DNA of 64,000 bases, taken from positions 2,108,001-2,172,000 of the forward strand of contig NC_089429.1 of NCBI RefSeq assembly GCF_026210795.1, in the 5' to 3' direction. The position numbers were made by a program, and so were the translations under genes. The notes under the pieces are model-generated. The model was not told the origin of the DNA. It worked only from the letters and a program-made list of their open reading frames with translations, and searched no databases. Positions 49,143-63,279 of the stretch are shown in pieces; position 1 is the stretch's first letter; every line of letters starts with the position of its first letter. The stretch comes from Rhizophagus irregularis. Lineage: Eukaryota.

Positions 49143-52100
49143 ATTTTTTAGCAATAAAATTAAAACAAAGTTTAAAAAAGAATAACTCATTGAAACGATA
49201 GGTTACTACTGAAATTTATAAAGATTTTTGCATGATCAGCAAAAATAATTTCTATTTTTATGGGATATGATTTTTACAAAAATCCGATCATGTGACTAAA
49301 AATTCAACGTAAACATTTTAACATTCTGATAAAGGTTTTTTTTTATCCGTAAAAACTTGTTTTGTTAACCATTTTTCCGCTTTAATTTTTTGATACAATA
49401 GGGAGATCAAAAAAGTCAAACAGAAAGTTTCTTGAACGAAATTTATTCGGTCCGCCTATGTTGGCGTGAAAGATTTATCGACTGCATCATTATTTAAAGC
49501 GAAAATATTTATTAAAGCTTATTAAGACGAAAGTTGAAAATAAGACAAAAATAGAAACATTTGGTCATGAAATTTAGCGTTTATACTTTTGTTTATCTCA
49601 TTTTATTTTAACTTGTGGAATTGATTGCTAGTGTATATTTATAATCATATTATTATTTTTATTCTATTACTTTTATATTACTATATTATATAAACACTTA
49701 TTTTATGATATTCAGAAAAAATTTATCCTATCTGATATTACATACTTACTGTACGTAAAATAATAAAATAATGTTAATCAAATGTAGAAATATAGTTGAA
49801 ATTTTTAAATTAAACTTTATATTTTTGAAGCAATGCGTAACTCTTTTAACATATTTATATTGACGACTTTATTTTGATGAAATACTTTATTGAAAAATAT
49901 AATTAGGAGGTAGTAATGACTCACTCCTTAAAATAATCAAGATTTCACATTTGAAATTTTTCATTCGGGGATAAAAAAAAAGCTTTTAAAGCACTTATTT
50001 TTCAATTTTTTTTAACTTTTTTTCACTTTTTTGTAATAAATAAAATATTAGGGTCTATTTTTTAATTGTTTTTTTTTTAGTAGAACAGTAAATAATCAAA
50101 ATATAAATATGGTTTTCACTTTTTTATTATAAAGAAAATATAAAATTTCATTTTTTATTTTTTTATTTTTTTTTATTTATTGATCCCTTTTATAAAATAT
50201 GACAATGACGCAGTAAATATTCAAAAAAGAAACGTGGCGCTACGTTTTACCAAGAAAAAAAAGATAAAATAAGCAAAAATCATAAATATCAATAATAAGG
50301 AAAAAAAGAGGATAAAGAATTTTTTAAGATTAATTTCATCGAGATTTTCAGTTTTTATTTTTTATCAAAAGAAAAAAAAAATGGGATTGAGAAAATTGAA
50401 AAAAGAATAGCCCAAAAATCCAGGGTCATCATCATAATATGATTTGAACATTATGACGTACCTAGAAGTGTTTGATATTTGTTAAAACACGTGATGGAAA
50501 AGCAAAAAACTCAATAATCGAAAGAACATTTTAAGTTTAATAAGCACTATTTAAAATTAGTGTGTATCATTTAACAATTATCCTTTCATTTAATCAACTG
50601 GACTCCACACATCAAATTATAACTCTTCGTAGGGAGTAAAAGCCTAGCAATCAAAAGGATGTTTTAGGAGACCAACTATCAGAAATCTATGGAGAAAATG
50701 AGCTCAATAAATTATTCAATGACGTATCTTACTAAAAAACCAAAGCCCAACAACTTTCAAGTTCGTGTATATTTTTTTCTTGCCGTTATTTCTCAAATTT
50801 TATATTTTTCGTGAATAGTTTGATATGCTCACAACAAATTATGCATGATAATTTAAATTTAATCACGGTCGTACAAAAATCCAAATTATTATATAGATAC
50901 TTCCAACATTTTCTCGAAAACTTTTTATTATAAAAATATGTCTCAATTGTCTCATGAATACTGTCAAGTAGTAGTACTTGACTTTTTTGAAAAATTACTT
51001 TTAGTTATTATCTACGCTGGGGTGAAAATATGAAAGAATTTCATCACATTCGGTATTTTATGTGCTAGAACGCAATATTTTTTGTACTTCCCTCTCTAAT
51101 AAATGGGTCAATAAAAAGGATGGAAGATTTACTGTTAAAAAACTTAATACTTCTTCCCAATTGTTTAATATTAGTATTTTAAGGAACTATACTAGTAATG
51201 ATTGATTTAATATAATTACAAGGCCCTAGAAAGTTACAGTCGCCACTGGTTATAAAGAACCGAAATCTCGCTATACTGAACCGGAATTTCCAGAACCGAT
51301 TTTTTATAAATAATTTCACCGGATATAACGAACTTTTATAATAAAACACTATATAACGCATCCGAACGAACTTAACCACATAAAATCAATTTGCATCTTT
51401 ATTTATTTAGAGTGATAAAATAAATATATTGATTGTTTGTTTAAAAATAAATAGCACTATTGAACTGAAAGCTGAAGCAGGTATCACAAATCAAATAATT
51501 TTTACAAGTCTGCAACTCTTCTTTGTCATTCATACTTGCAGTTTTAGAATTAATTTTAGAACCAACAAGTAACTACTAAAGTTATATAATATTATATGAA
51601 CTATTCAGGTTTCTTCAAATACTTGTGAAGAGGTTTTCTCTTCTTCGCAGCGTTACGAGATAGTCCTGGAGAAAATAATATTTTTCGAGGATTGTTTTCA
51701 TTGTTATCATGTTTAATGATGTTTTGTGTTTCACTTGCTTCGTTTAGTGTGATGTCTCTTACTTTTTCCACAGGTTGACCATTGACCATCTATGAAGAAA
51801 ATCCTGAAAAGATTCGATTCGATTCCAATCCTTATTGACATGCTACAAAGCGTCTTTGTTAGACACTACAAACTCTTTGACTATTGTAAGGAAGGAACAT
51901 AGCCAATTCCTCCTCCAGAATCAACAGACCTTACGATAGGTGCAACTCAAAGAACTTTTATATTGTAACTGAAGAGCTCCAGCTGAAACCATAAAATTTG
52001 TGCATGTACATTAAATAAAAAATTTTATATGTCTTAATGCCCTTAAATAATAGTCTTACATTTATTTGCTCCTCCTTCTCATCATTTTTATTTACAAGAG

Positions 52101-52522
52101 TGTTTAGTATTTCTTCTAGTCAATGAGATTCTTCTGTAAAGGATATTCTGAAATCTCCAGTTAATAGTCGATATTTGTAATAAGAGACATATCACCATTT
52201 GGATGGGCAGTTTTGCCAAAAATAACTGAAAAAAGAAAAAAATATTTAGGATGTATCCTATTTATACTATGAAAAATTATACTATTTATTATGGCGTTTT
52301 TGATTAACGTGATTGATTTAAACTTTACGCTATGCATGATTTGCGTTGCGTCATATGATTGATATAAACATTATTTACTCATTGAATTTTTTGATCCGAT
52401 TCAGTCAGATGATTCTTACAAATTTATTTATGCCAAGTTGTAATAATTAGTGATGTTTACTTAACTGAAACCAAATGTTAAAGTTAATTTTACATTTATT
52501 GTATTTACTGTTTTAGTTTTAG

Positions 52523-52737
52523 CAGGACCCCGAAATATACATAAAAGGGTCAGGTCAGAGTTTGCGTATAATGAGTCAAAAAAATCATGTAGATCATTCC
52601 TTTTATGGATAATCCCAGCCAAAATAATATTTCCTAATTTAGATAATGGCTGAAATTATCGTAATTCCGGCCCTGAAAGAATGCGTATTTTGGACCACTT
52701 CTGGACCTGACCTCTACATATATATTTCGGGGTCCTG
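52523..52737. mobile_element. MITE (215 bp)
   Basis: TIRs CAGGACCCCGAAATATA / TATATTTCGGGGTCCTG; TTTTAG duplicated at both flanks. Confidence 0.75.
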
Positions 52738-55700
52738 TTTTAGCTAGTTTATTTTCAATAACTTGAAATACTTCACAATAAGAAGGTATACACTATTAAG
52801 TAATCTGAATGATATATCTTAATATGATATACATTTGCAGTTTGAATTAAAATATATCTATCTTTTATGGACTTTCGCCATATCCTCTATACCCTGTAAA
52901 AAAAGTCAATCTATAGGATCATATTTCCAGAATTAATAACCTTATATCACGGAATTTATTGAATTATTTACATTTTACGTGAATGGATCTGTAAAAAGCT
53001 CATTTTTACGGAGTTTTTACAAAAATAACGGACAAAATTTTTTATAAGGATAATTCTGTTCTGAATTTGCTTTTATTATATTTTCATCATGATAAATAGC
53101 AATTCATCTAAAAAATGGCAAATTTTGGTATATCATTGAAAGTATATTTATAAAGGTAGCTTATAACTTAAACTTTCAATTCATTTTACCTTAAAATTAT
53201 TGAAGTTGGCAAAATTTTTTATAAATAAGGAGAATGAATATTACTTAGACATATATTTTATGTGAGCAAAAAATATTTTTATGTGAACTATACGAACCGG
53301 ACTTTGAGCAATTGGGTGAAGGAAGGGAGTTCCTATTTATTTTTTTTAGTAACGTTTTTAACGTTACTTTTTTTTCTTTTACCAGTAAGAATTTCCGGGA
53401 CGAATTATGCGAACTAGAAATTTTTTGTAAATAAGGAGAATGATTACTTAAATAAAATATTGTCAAATCATTTTAAATGTTAAATAAAAATATAATTTCA
53501 TAGTCTTTATTATTCGATTCAAAAATATTAAAAAGGAATTCTTCAATTTTAATAATTAAATTATTTCTTTTTTTGAAATTATCATATTATTTACTGCATA
53601 TATCATCCTTTTTTTTATTTTGCGTAATAGCGTAATAATGATAATTTTTATGTATAATTTATGAGTATATAGTAAATCATTACGGTGTGATAGGTACGGT
53701 ACAATCAATAATGTACAGGTACGAATAGGTGTGATCTAATTAATGTTGTTATTGAGTTAGTATTTATGTCACGATTGATTTATCTTAATTTCAATTTAGT
53801 TGAATTCGATTGAGAAGCATTAGAGCTTGATCCATTTTAGTGTTTCGGGCAAAACCGAAACTAGACCCCGGCGAAACTTCTGCAGCCAAACGAAACTAGT
53901 TTCGCCACCAAGAGCAAAATCCGAAACTGATAAAACTGACGAAACCGGGCGCAATTTCCGAAACTGAGTGAAACTTGCAAAACATTTTTTTATATTATTT
54001 TTTGAACTTTTGTGATACATTATTATATTTTATAATAGTACAAACATAAATTTATTAATGAATCGCAACTTTTACAATTTACATTGTATCAACTATTTCA
54101 ACAGCTTCAGCAGCTGGGTCCCATTCAATATTATTATCTTCATTTTCATTCATAGGTTCATCCACTTCTTCATTTTCACTCTCTATAATATCTATACTAT
54201 ATATTCTAAAGTATCAATAAATGCGTTTAAATTCAAAACTTTACCAACCATTACTATTTCCTCCTCATTAACATAATACATTGTTAGGCAAATCGTCATT
54301 TAATTCAAAAAGGTCTTGGTCGGGATTCAAATGAGTATCAATAAAAATTTGATGAATTTCTTCAGCAGATTTTTCCACACTGTAATGTGGTAATTCTTTT
54401 TTAGTCCTCCTCTTACCATATATCAACCAAGACTTGACCAAAAACATCCAACTGCATAAGGCGTGACAGTTAAGTGGTAATCCTTGTCCTCAGGAAAGCT
54501 ATCCTCAATGAATCAATGGAAGACCACCATTCATCTGGAGTTTCAGCTTCACCTACTTCAAGATTTTCTCTTTTACGATATTTTTTCATCTGATGCATTA
54601 ATTTTTTACGTTCGCTATTTTCCCCATCTTTATAAAAATTTCATCTGCTATCATATTAATAACAAATTTCCTCATGCTTTGTAAATACCTATTTTATTTT
54701 AATATAAAAAAATTTATAGATATTATAAAAAACTATTATACGAAACTATGAATACAATATAATAATATTCAAACCTACCGGTATAAGATGGTTTTAAAAA
54801 AAAGGCATAATAAATATAGATAAACAAGTTCATCAGAGCGGCGATTAAAAGTACGATATCATTGATTGGCAATTATTTCAATTGCTTTTGCAAGTCCAAG
54901 GAAACAATCGGCAAGAGTACAAGATTGTGACTCTAATGCTGCAATTGATTGTTTAATGGGGCGTAATGTAAATACCAATACACGCACGTCATCAAAAAAT
55001 GTAACACTGATAATACTGCTGTTGAAAGAATTCCGGGGTTTTCAGATTTTAACTAGATAAAAATCTAAAAAGTGAATATAGTTAATAAATGAAAAGTTCT
55101 AATCAAATAAATTTCATAATCTTACATTTTCTAAGGGTATTTTATGACGCATCTGCACAATCATACATCTTGTATCTACCCATTTTTTTAGTCCTCCACC
55201 ACTAATATCACAAGCCTTGGCCTCGTCTTTTAATGAAGATCCTTTTTTTTGTATTTAATTGAGAATAATATTAACAAAATAAACGAAAATAGATTTAAAT
55301 TACCTCCTTGATGGCTTTTTTTAAAATATGTTACTATAGTATTACATTTTGTTAAGATCTGATTTGCAAATGAAGTAGAGCAAATATCTTTTGAAATCAG
55401 ATTACTAGCATGTGCTATACAACGCACATTAAAGAATCTTCTTATATTTATCTACAACCATTTGTCGTGCATTTTGAACCTGAATCCGATACAATTGCCG
55501 AAAAATTTGCAGGTCCAATTTGGATATTATTTCATCAATTGTTTTGGCTAAAAATTCACCAGAATGACTAGAATGACTTTCGCTTGGTAGGCCCTTTAAA
55601 CACCACAGATATTCCTCATGATCAGGCGTATGAATCAAAAAATTCCAAATTGATTCATTTGCTGAGTTCGTCCATCCATCACAAGCCTATAAATTAAGAA

Positions 55701-56479
55701 TAAAAAATAAATTTAGTTTTATTAAATATTAATTGAATAATGTTATAATAAATAATAAATCTCACATAATGTTAGATTAGTTGTATTTTTTAATATCTTG
55801 ATAACTCGTGTGTTTAAAACTGTGATAAGAATTTACTGGAAAGTACTTCTTTGATGGAAGAGTGTGTCCTGGGCGTAAAGTCTTCAAAAACTTGATGAAA
55901 AACGGATTTTCAATTACATGCCATGCAATACCACATACTACAAAGCCTTTACACAAGCCCGATCAATTTCATGAATCCTTGCCTCAATAAACGTGACATT
56001 TCATGGAAATCAGATATTTTTGTCTGGATACCCAGTACTATCATTAAGTTTCGTTTTTTAGCTGCTACTTGTTCAAAATTAGTTTGGCTTTTGCAGCAAG
56101 ACGATTTTAAAAAAATTGTCTTGTATTAGCTGATACTCATTAGCAAAGTGTGCTTCCAAATCTTGTGGTGAGCCTTTTTTCCAAAAGTAATTACAGTATG
56201 CGCAAGTTGTTTCGTAATGGCTTTCTGATACTTTTGCACCTTGAATAGCATGAACTCCCCATACAAAGACTTAAAAAAGTAAAATTTGATTTTGTTGTTT
56301 AAATGAAAGGGGGAAAATAGGGGTTTATTTGCAATTAAACATGTGTATAAATACGAAAGATCTTTCGTGAGAAAATCATGAGCAAATGCATAAATTTAAC
56401 CACCAATAAAAATAATGCACGTGACAATTTCCACGTTTCGGTAGTTTCGCCAAGTTTCAGAAATTTCGCCAAGTTTAGG

Positions 56480-59111
56480 ATAAAAAAAAAAACTCTTTCC
56501 CCCTTTTTATTTTCTGTTAGTTTTCCGCAGTAATATTGCGATAGTTTTAATTTTTTAGTTTCTATTTGAAACGCTAAAGGGGACGAGGCCCAAGCGGGCG
56601 CCTTGGTCTCATACAAGGTTTTTAGTTCTCATTTTATCCCATACTAAGGGACTATGTCATCTTCACAATACAAGCAACCCAACTCTTCCTTGGCTTCATA
56701 CGAACCTTCGAAACCTTATCCGCAGTTGGACGGACACTCCGATAGCAGACGAAATATTCCTGAAGGCGGACTTGCTAAAGATAATGTTTCAGAGACGACT
56801 ATTAAACCACAGGATAACACACTTCCGACTATCATAGTCAAAGCTCCTTTACCTTCACCAATACTTTCGACCTTTTCTTTTTTGGTCTCTTTTGAAAAAT
56901 TTCACGTGACCGCTGCGTCCAAAGCAGGTTATAACAAGATCTACGAATGTAGGCGTTCAAAAAGTTTCTTTTTTGAGGTTGTCGATCAAATACCAGACAC
57001 CAATGAAATTCACCTGAAAATATACACAAATGATCATCATATGTCATCTACCCCAATTCGGTATTATTCCACAAGCAAATTACCTAATCATCGATTTCAA
57101 ATATCGAAATGCCTCACGCACTTTTTTTTACATCAACGAGTTATTCCTCGGCGTATTCAAAACAAATTTTTTAACATGATACGACTCAAGTTGTTGGATA
57201 GAATCAATTTGATAGCATCACGTGAAGGCAAAATCACGTGTAGCAATAATATCACCAAAACTTTTTTCAACTTCTCTTACAAACGATACAGATTTCACTT
57301 TGGTATCTATGTAGCTTGTAACCATCTACCTACAAAGAAGTTTCCCTATCAGAAGACAACACCATGCTGCATACCGTGCCCTTTTGTTAGAAATTTTAAT
57401 CGACACGCTTGTACTCAACACCATTCGGCTATCGTTCAAGTAACCGATACTCCTTCAGAAAATCAGGAGATTTCTGCACCTGTGAATAATATTATTCACC
57501 ATAAAAGTTTTCACGCCAATATCATTTATGAGAAATATAATAATAACTCGAGGTAAAAGATTTTTTCAAATCGATTGGGCATTTCCTATACAACGCGTTA
57601 TGAAGCGCACAACCTTGACTCAATTTTACCCCCTTATAAGGCTACCGGTCCTATGTACACCAAGATTTATGAAAATTTCTCTCGCACGTTAAGTTCTAAT
57701 CCACGTACGGCTGCACGGCAAAAAGCTCGTTTTGACCGATCTTGTCAACGTGTCTTTAATGTTAATAAACCTAAATCTGGAAGGGCTCTTAAACTCCGCC
57801 ATAAGATTAAACTTGCGAATCAAAGGAAGTTCCTTTTCTATCCACATCATAAGATTTCTAGACGGATTCCTCATTTAAAATTTAACATGGGATTGTTTAA
57901 ACGTTCCCCAACCGTTCCGTTATTCCGTTTTCCATATGATCGGAATTGTATTCTTTTACATCTTCCCAAAGATAGGATTTTTCCTCCTCATATTACTCCT
58001 GCATTACGCAGTGTCATCAACAATCAGGACTCAGATGAAGAGGATGCCTCTTCAGCCAATAACGGTCAGGATGATACATCAGAAAACTCCTATAGGGATT
58101 GGTATATTGCAAATCTTATTGATGAACATTGTGGTAAAGGTGCATCAGAGTACATGGATGCCATACACTTATTACAGGACTCTACAATTCAACTTTCCTT
58201 GAGAGACGCACATATGTTAGGTTTAGATGAAGATCGTATGAGTGAGATCAGAGCTCGTGATCGTCTTAACGAAAGGTTAAATGTCATCAAGGACATCAGG
58301 GACCACAATACTTCTGCCAAACATTATCTTAGGCGTACTAATGCTATGGAATTTTTCACTCAAATGAATGATAATTTTGATGACCGTATGGCTAGTATTC
58401 GCAAATTTGCGTATGGAATTTCTACGAAGAAAAGTGATGACAAACGTACAGTCGCATCAAGACGTCTTAACAAATTGATGACGAATTTTGGACAACAATT
58501 CCGGGATGAACACTACCCCTTTAAACCGTACCGCGCTATTATTCGTTCGAACGATATCCAATACGTAAAAGATGATTTCGGTGATACTTCCAATGACACC
58601 AAAATAATAGAACGTCGCCTAAAAAAGCGTCATGCCAGACTTAATCATTATAACAATTATGGCGATTTTATGCCTCTAACAAAGAAACTTTGTATTTTCG
58701 ATTGTAGGGACACTAAAGAAGAAGACTTCTTACCCGCTAATATAGATTTAATTTTTCAATTTCGTATTTGAATTAGTTTAGTTTCTATATTTTGTAATTC
58801 ATTTTTTGAATTTTTAGGTTCGTATTATGATAGATATTAACAATTACAAACAGTGTGAATCATTCCACCTATGACAGTACTTACAGGTGGCGACCTTGAT
58901 GGTTGAAAGAAAAGTACGGGTTAATTAGTTCGCTTTTTAATTGAGTTCATTGGTTCCTTTCTGGTAGGGGAGGGGATCATCCTGGTTCGTTGGATTTAAA
59001 GAAGTTCGGGTCCGTCTTCGGGGGGATGATAGCTAGAAGTAGGATAGCACGGTTACGTATATGTCCTGTTAATAGTCTGTCCGTCTTCACATAAAATAAA
59101 ATAAATAAAAT
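56480..59111 (+). mobile_element. 2.6-kb retroposed-type insertion with orphan ORF
   Basis: 19-bp flanking direct repeat AAATTTCRCCAAGTTTAGG (56461-56479, 59112-59130); (AAAAT)n 3' tail; higher GC than the flanks. Confidence 0.7.
56654..58771 (+). CDS. ~705-codon hypothetical ORF split by a single in-frame TAA
   Basis: The 300-aa and 398-aa ORFs are in the same frame: ...NNNSR*KIFSNRLGISY...; basic, with a Cys/His cluster; no introns, no RT motif. Confidence 0.65.
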
Positions 59112-59526
59112 AAATTTCACCAAGTTTAGGCAGTTTCGAAATGGCCGAAACTGGAACTAAAAATTGACGAAACGTTTCGCCAGTCATAAAACAGTTTCGG
59201 CTTTCGCTTTCGCCCGAAACATTAATATAACATACTCTATGATTTCAAAAGATTTCCGAACAGTAAACTTTACATTCGTAATAATTATCATTATATTTTA
59301 CAATTAAAAAAATAAATGGGAGCGTTCAAAATAAAATATTAAAATTCAAATATTTTTTTTTTAATAAAACAACTAATAAGTTTAATAAATTGAAAATTTC
59401 AAAATTATTTTGGAGATAAATATAAAAAATTTAAAAATTTAACAGTAAGATTTAAAAGTATTTAAAGCTAACTTTATTTATAGTGATAATATAAAATAAA
59501 ATAAATTAAATAAATAACTAATAAGT

Positions 59527-61173
59527 TTATTTTATAATAAAATCATAAACATCAATAACCGAATCATTATAATTTAGAACTTGAATATCATATAATTGAA
59601 ATTCCTTTACTTCATCTTTCAAAGAAAACAAATCAACACTTTTTTCATGAAAAATACCTGAAATAGCTAAATATTTAACTCTTTTCTTTTTCATTATATA
59701 TTCTTTTATATAGGGTAAAATATCTTGACTTCCATCATCCTTTGCATTTCTAATTGCCAATTTTTTAATAAAAGTATTTTGAGAATTTTTTAAGAATATT
59801 TCTAAATCACTTTCATTAATTATAAGATTTAAATATTCTAATTTAAGAGGAAGAATTTGTCCTAAATTTTGTAATACAGTTGAATTAAATTTAATATCAC
59901 CAAAAACTTGAAAGATAATAGAGGAATCAATAATAAGATAATCAAGATTTTGCTTAATATTTTTAATTAAATCGAATATTAAATTAATATTCTTATAATG
60001 TAGTTGAATAGATAAAAATTTAATATTGCTACAATATAATTTGATTGGTTGTAATAATTGTTGTAATCCAAATTTTGGAATTCTAAAATTTTCTAAATAA
60101 TTGCCAGATTTTTGTATTAATGGATCTAACAATTCATCTATGTGATTCAAAATTAAAGATTTTAATTTAAATGGTTTTGTAACATTATTAATTTGTTGAA
60201 TAAATTTAGAATCTAGGAAATAACAATAAACAATATGAATTGATTCTAAAACATTCAAATGATTAAATAATTCACTTAGAATATTTATATTTCTAAAATC
60301 AATAGAATAAAATATAATTGTATTTAATGTGTTTGAACAATTAGGATTTTTTAATGATAATAATAGAGATAAAGGGGTACTATAATCATAACCAAATGTA
60401 ATCTTTTTAAGATTTTCTTGAAGTTTAATCATTTGTGATAAAATTTTTTCGATTATTGGATGACTATTATTTATAATTGGAAGTAGAAAATGAAATGATG
60501 AAATTGAATTACAATTAGAGCAGAGAAATTCCAAAAATTTTGTTATATTATCAGTTATTTCAATCAAATCAAGTGTTAAATTTTTAATATTAAAAAAGAA
60601 ATTTGTATTTTGTAAAATTAATTCAAAAGTCGTATCAAAACATTCAGTTTCTTTATAACTATCTATTGTAATTCCAAAACTATGCAAATTAACTTCATTT
60701 TTAATGAATATTAGAAAAAATGATTTAAAAATTAGGTTTGTAAAGTTTGATATTTGTGAAGCTGATAAATTAATATTTCGCATAGAATAATTGGAATGTT
60801 GCCCTCTTGTTATTGAAATACTGGTAATCCATTTACCAATAGTATTACAAACTTTATATGTATCTAAATGTTGAATAAATTTAGGATAATTAAATAATGT
60901 ATTTGAAGGAAATATGTCATTATGAATTACATATTCATTTAATTTTGTTTTATCATCATTACTGAAATTACTCAAATAAATTTCAATAAAACGATAATTT
61001 TTAGGGGATTTAATTGAAAATGGATCTTCCCATAATAATGGGATTGCTAAACGACACCATAATCTATTAACTAATATGCATGAATGTAATGTTTTATAAT
61101 CATAATGAAAATATTGTATGACTTCGTTTAATAACTCAGGCAAATCTCCTGAAAAAAATTTTAAACATGCCAT
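59527..61173 (-). CDS. F-box / LRR protein, close paralogue of 7567-9231
   Basis: 548 aa; shares long motifs (YKTLHSCILVNRLWC, SNTLFNYPKFIQHL, FLKNSQNTFIKKL). Confidence 0.85.
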   Translation of the reverse strand: MACLKFFSGDLPELLNEVIQYFHYDYKTLHSCILVNRLWCRLAIPLLWEDPFSIKSPKNYRFIEIYLSNFSNDDKTKLNEYVIHNDIFPSNTLFNYPKFIQHLDTYKVCNTIGKWITSISITRGQHSNYSMRNINLSASQISNFTNLIFKSFFLIFIKNEVNLHSFGITIDSYKETECFDTTFELILQNTNFFFNIKNLTLDLIEITDNITKFLEFLCSNCNSISSFHFLLPIINNSHPIIEKILSQMIKLQENLKKITFGYDYSTPLSLLLSLKNPNCSNTLNTIIFYSIDFRNINILSELFNHLNVLESIHIVYCYFLDSKFIQQINNVTKPFKLKSLILNHIDELLDPLIQKSGNYLENFRIPKFGLQQLLQPIKLYCSNIKFLSIQLHYKNINLIFDLIKNIKQNLDYLIIDSSIIFQVFGDIKFNSTVLQNLGQILPLKLEYLNLIINESDLEIFLKNSQNTFIKKLAIRNAKDDGSQDILPYIKEYIMKKKRVKYLAISGIFHEKSVDLFSLKDEVKEFQLYDIQVLNYNDSVIDVYDFIIK

Positions 61174-61931
61174 GTTAAATGAAAAGAGAAAGGAAAGAAA
61201 AGGGATGTTGAAATTAACTAGAAGTTACGTTAAGTTTATTATGTGAATTTCGGAGCAGCACTCCGTTTGTCGCACAAATTATGTCAAGCTTACATTTGCA
61301 CATGATGACATGATCACTATATATGAACTTCTTTGTAAATCATGTGATAATCACATATCACATGTTTATGATTTAAATGGACATAATTTGCCTTTAAGGA
61401 ATTAGCGTAACTTCCTTTTTTCTATGCACCTGCCACATGTTTCTGACGTAATTTGAAAAATAAAAATAAAAATTTGGTTCGATATAGACATTAAGCATTT
61501 TATTCAAATGCATTTTACTTTTGAAAATCACTATCTCATCCATGAAGTAAATCACTTTTTGATCGGCATCATTTTGTCGAATTTACAATTACTCATTTAA
61601 TACATTGTCTAAATAAATTGTTAATATTAGTATACATAACTGATAAGATAATTATTACTATTTACCTTTAATTAGAAAATGGATTTTGAATTTCTGATAA
61701 AAATATAAACGTTCTGTGATCATATCTTTTCGTTACGAAAATCGATCTCGTAGGTATCCATATCATAAAAGTTTCTTTTAAAAAACAAAAAGTGGAGGTT
61801 TACTACATGGAGAAGCTATTTCCTTGACTACTCCAAAGAATACCGTTCTAGGATAGAAATAAAGGCATGTTCATAAACGAGTCTTTTTGGAGTTGTTTAA
61901 GTTAGATCGGATTTATGCAGAATTTTAATAA

Positions 61932-62416
61932 TAGGACCCAGAAATATATATATAAGGATTAGGTGGCGAAAATTTTTTTACTATGAGCAGTACGCAGAGA
62001 CTTTTTAAATGAGTAGTACGCATAATTGACACCTGGTATTGAAAATCCTGCAAAAATACGCAAATAAAATTTCAGACATTAAGTTATTAATTATTTTATC
62101 ATTACTTCTATATTATTTATAAAACAAAATACTTTTAAATGTGAGAAAATAGAATTTATTCTAATTTACCATTTTTTCAATAATATTTTTCTAAAATTTT
62201 ACTTTTTAACCCTTAGAATTTCTTCAATTAATACTAAATATTACAATGCGGTTAACGTACAGTAAATATATAGATTAGCCAAATTTAGGCCAAAAATACG
62301 CAAACTAATTTTTTATATATAAAAAATTTCGGTAAAAAATACACAATTTTGATGACCTAACTATGGATGGAAAAATACTCTGTCTAATTTCACTATATAT
62401 ATATTTCTGGGTCCTA
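61932..62416. mobile_element. MITE related to 52523-52737
   Basis: TIRs TAGGACCCAGAAATATATATATA / TATATATATATTTCTGGGTCCTA; no clear TSD. Confidence 0.65.
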
Positions 62417-63279
62417 TCTTAATTGGAAGTGGAAGACTGAAAAAAAACCCATCGTAAAAGTTTAATTTATGATACGGGATAATCATATGATTTATGCAGA
62501 TATTTCATATTTCTGGGTTGCAATGTGACTTATTTTTTTCGCTTTTTGACTAAAAGTCCAAGTACAATCATATATCTATGATACAGGAAAGTTTGAGTTA
62601 AATCACAGTAAAACAAAATAAGTTTATATTCAGATTATTAAAAAAATGAACACAAACTTATTTGTTCTCTGAAACACAAATTTTCACAGTTCTTTACATG
62701 AGAAAAATAAATAAATATCTGACTATTTCATATAATTTATTTATAATGAATTTTTAGCATGTTAAAAATTAGAATCTTTTTAACAGGAACGAATACTTTC
62801 ACTTTTTGAGAATATAATGTTTATATGAATCAAAAATATCACATGAACCAAATTGATTAACTGCACATCTTGTATATATTTATTAAAAATTGAAACATCA
62901 AAGCGTTTTTTAAAAACTCGGCATGACACGATCACTTCACCACTCCGATCCCTCCAACCTCACAAATATTGGACTTCTCATTAAATAAAAATGAATGATT
63001 ACGGCTAATTGTTTATATGAATTTTTTGAATATTTAGAGGAATATGAAACATTTTACATTCAAATTTGTTTTGATTATCTTTGGTGTAAGAGTTCTGCGA
63101 AAATTTAGCGGAGATATTATTTGGAAATCCTGGAAGCTTTTATCAGCAAAATTCATTGAAGGTGACAACATCAATTCCGAGTACATTAATCGCTTGTATT
63201 TCAAACTTAAAAATCCTGATACTTGCCCTAATAACTGGAACTAAATATAATTAATTGACTTTATGAAAAACGTTTAACC

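Larger units (their letters stand above)
53838..59224 (-). mobile_element. Degenerate autonomous hAT transposon with nested insertion
   Basis: TIRs TAGTGTTTCGGGC / GCCCGAAACATTA and CGAAAC subterminal repeats. Broken transposase 54050-56270: BED-like CAYC...LEAHF, ENPFF, CDGWTN, RCIAH. No TSD recovered. Confidence 0.8.

Noticed and set aside
51805..51836. GATTCGATTCCAATCCTTA resembling the hAT MITE end
   Set aside because: Single degenerate terminus with no partner TIR or TSD found
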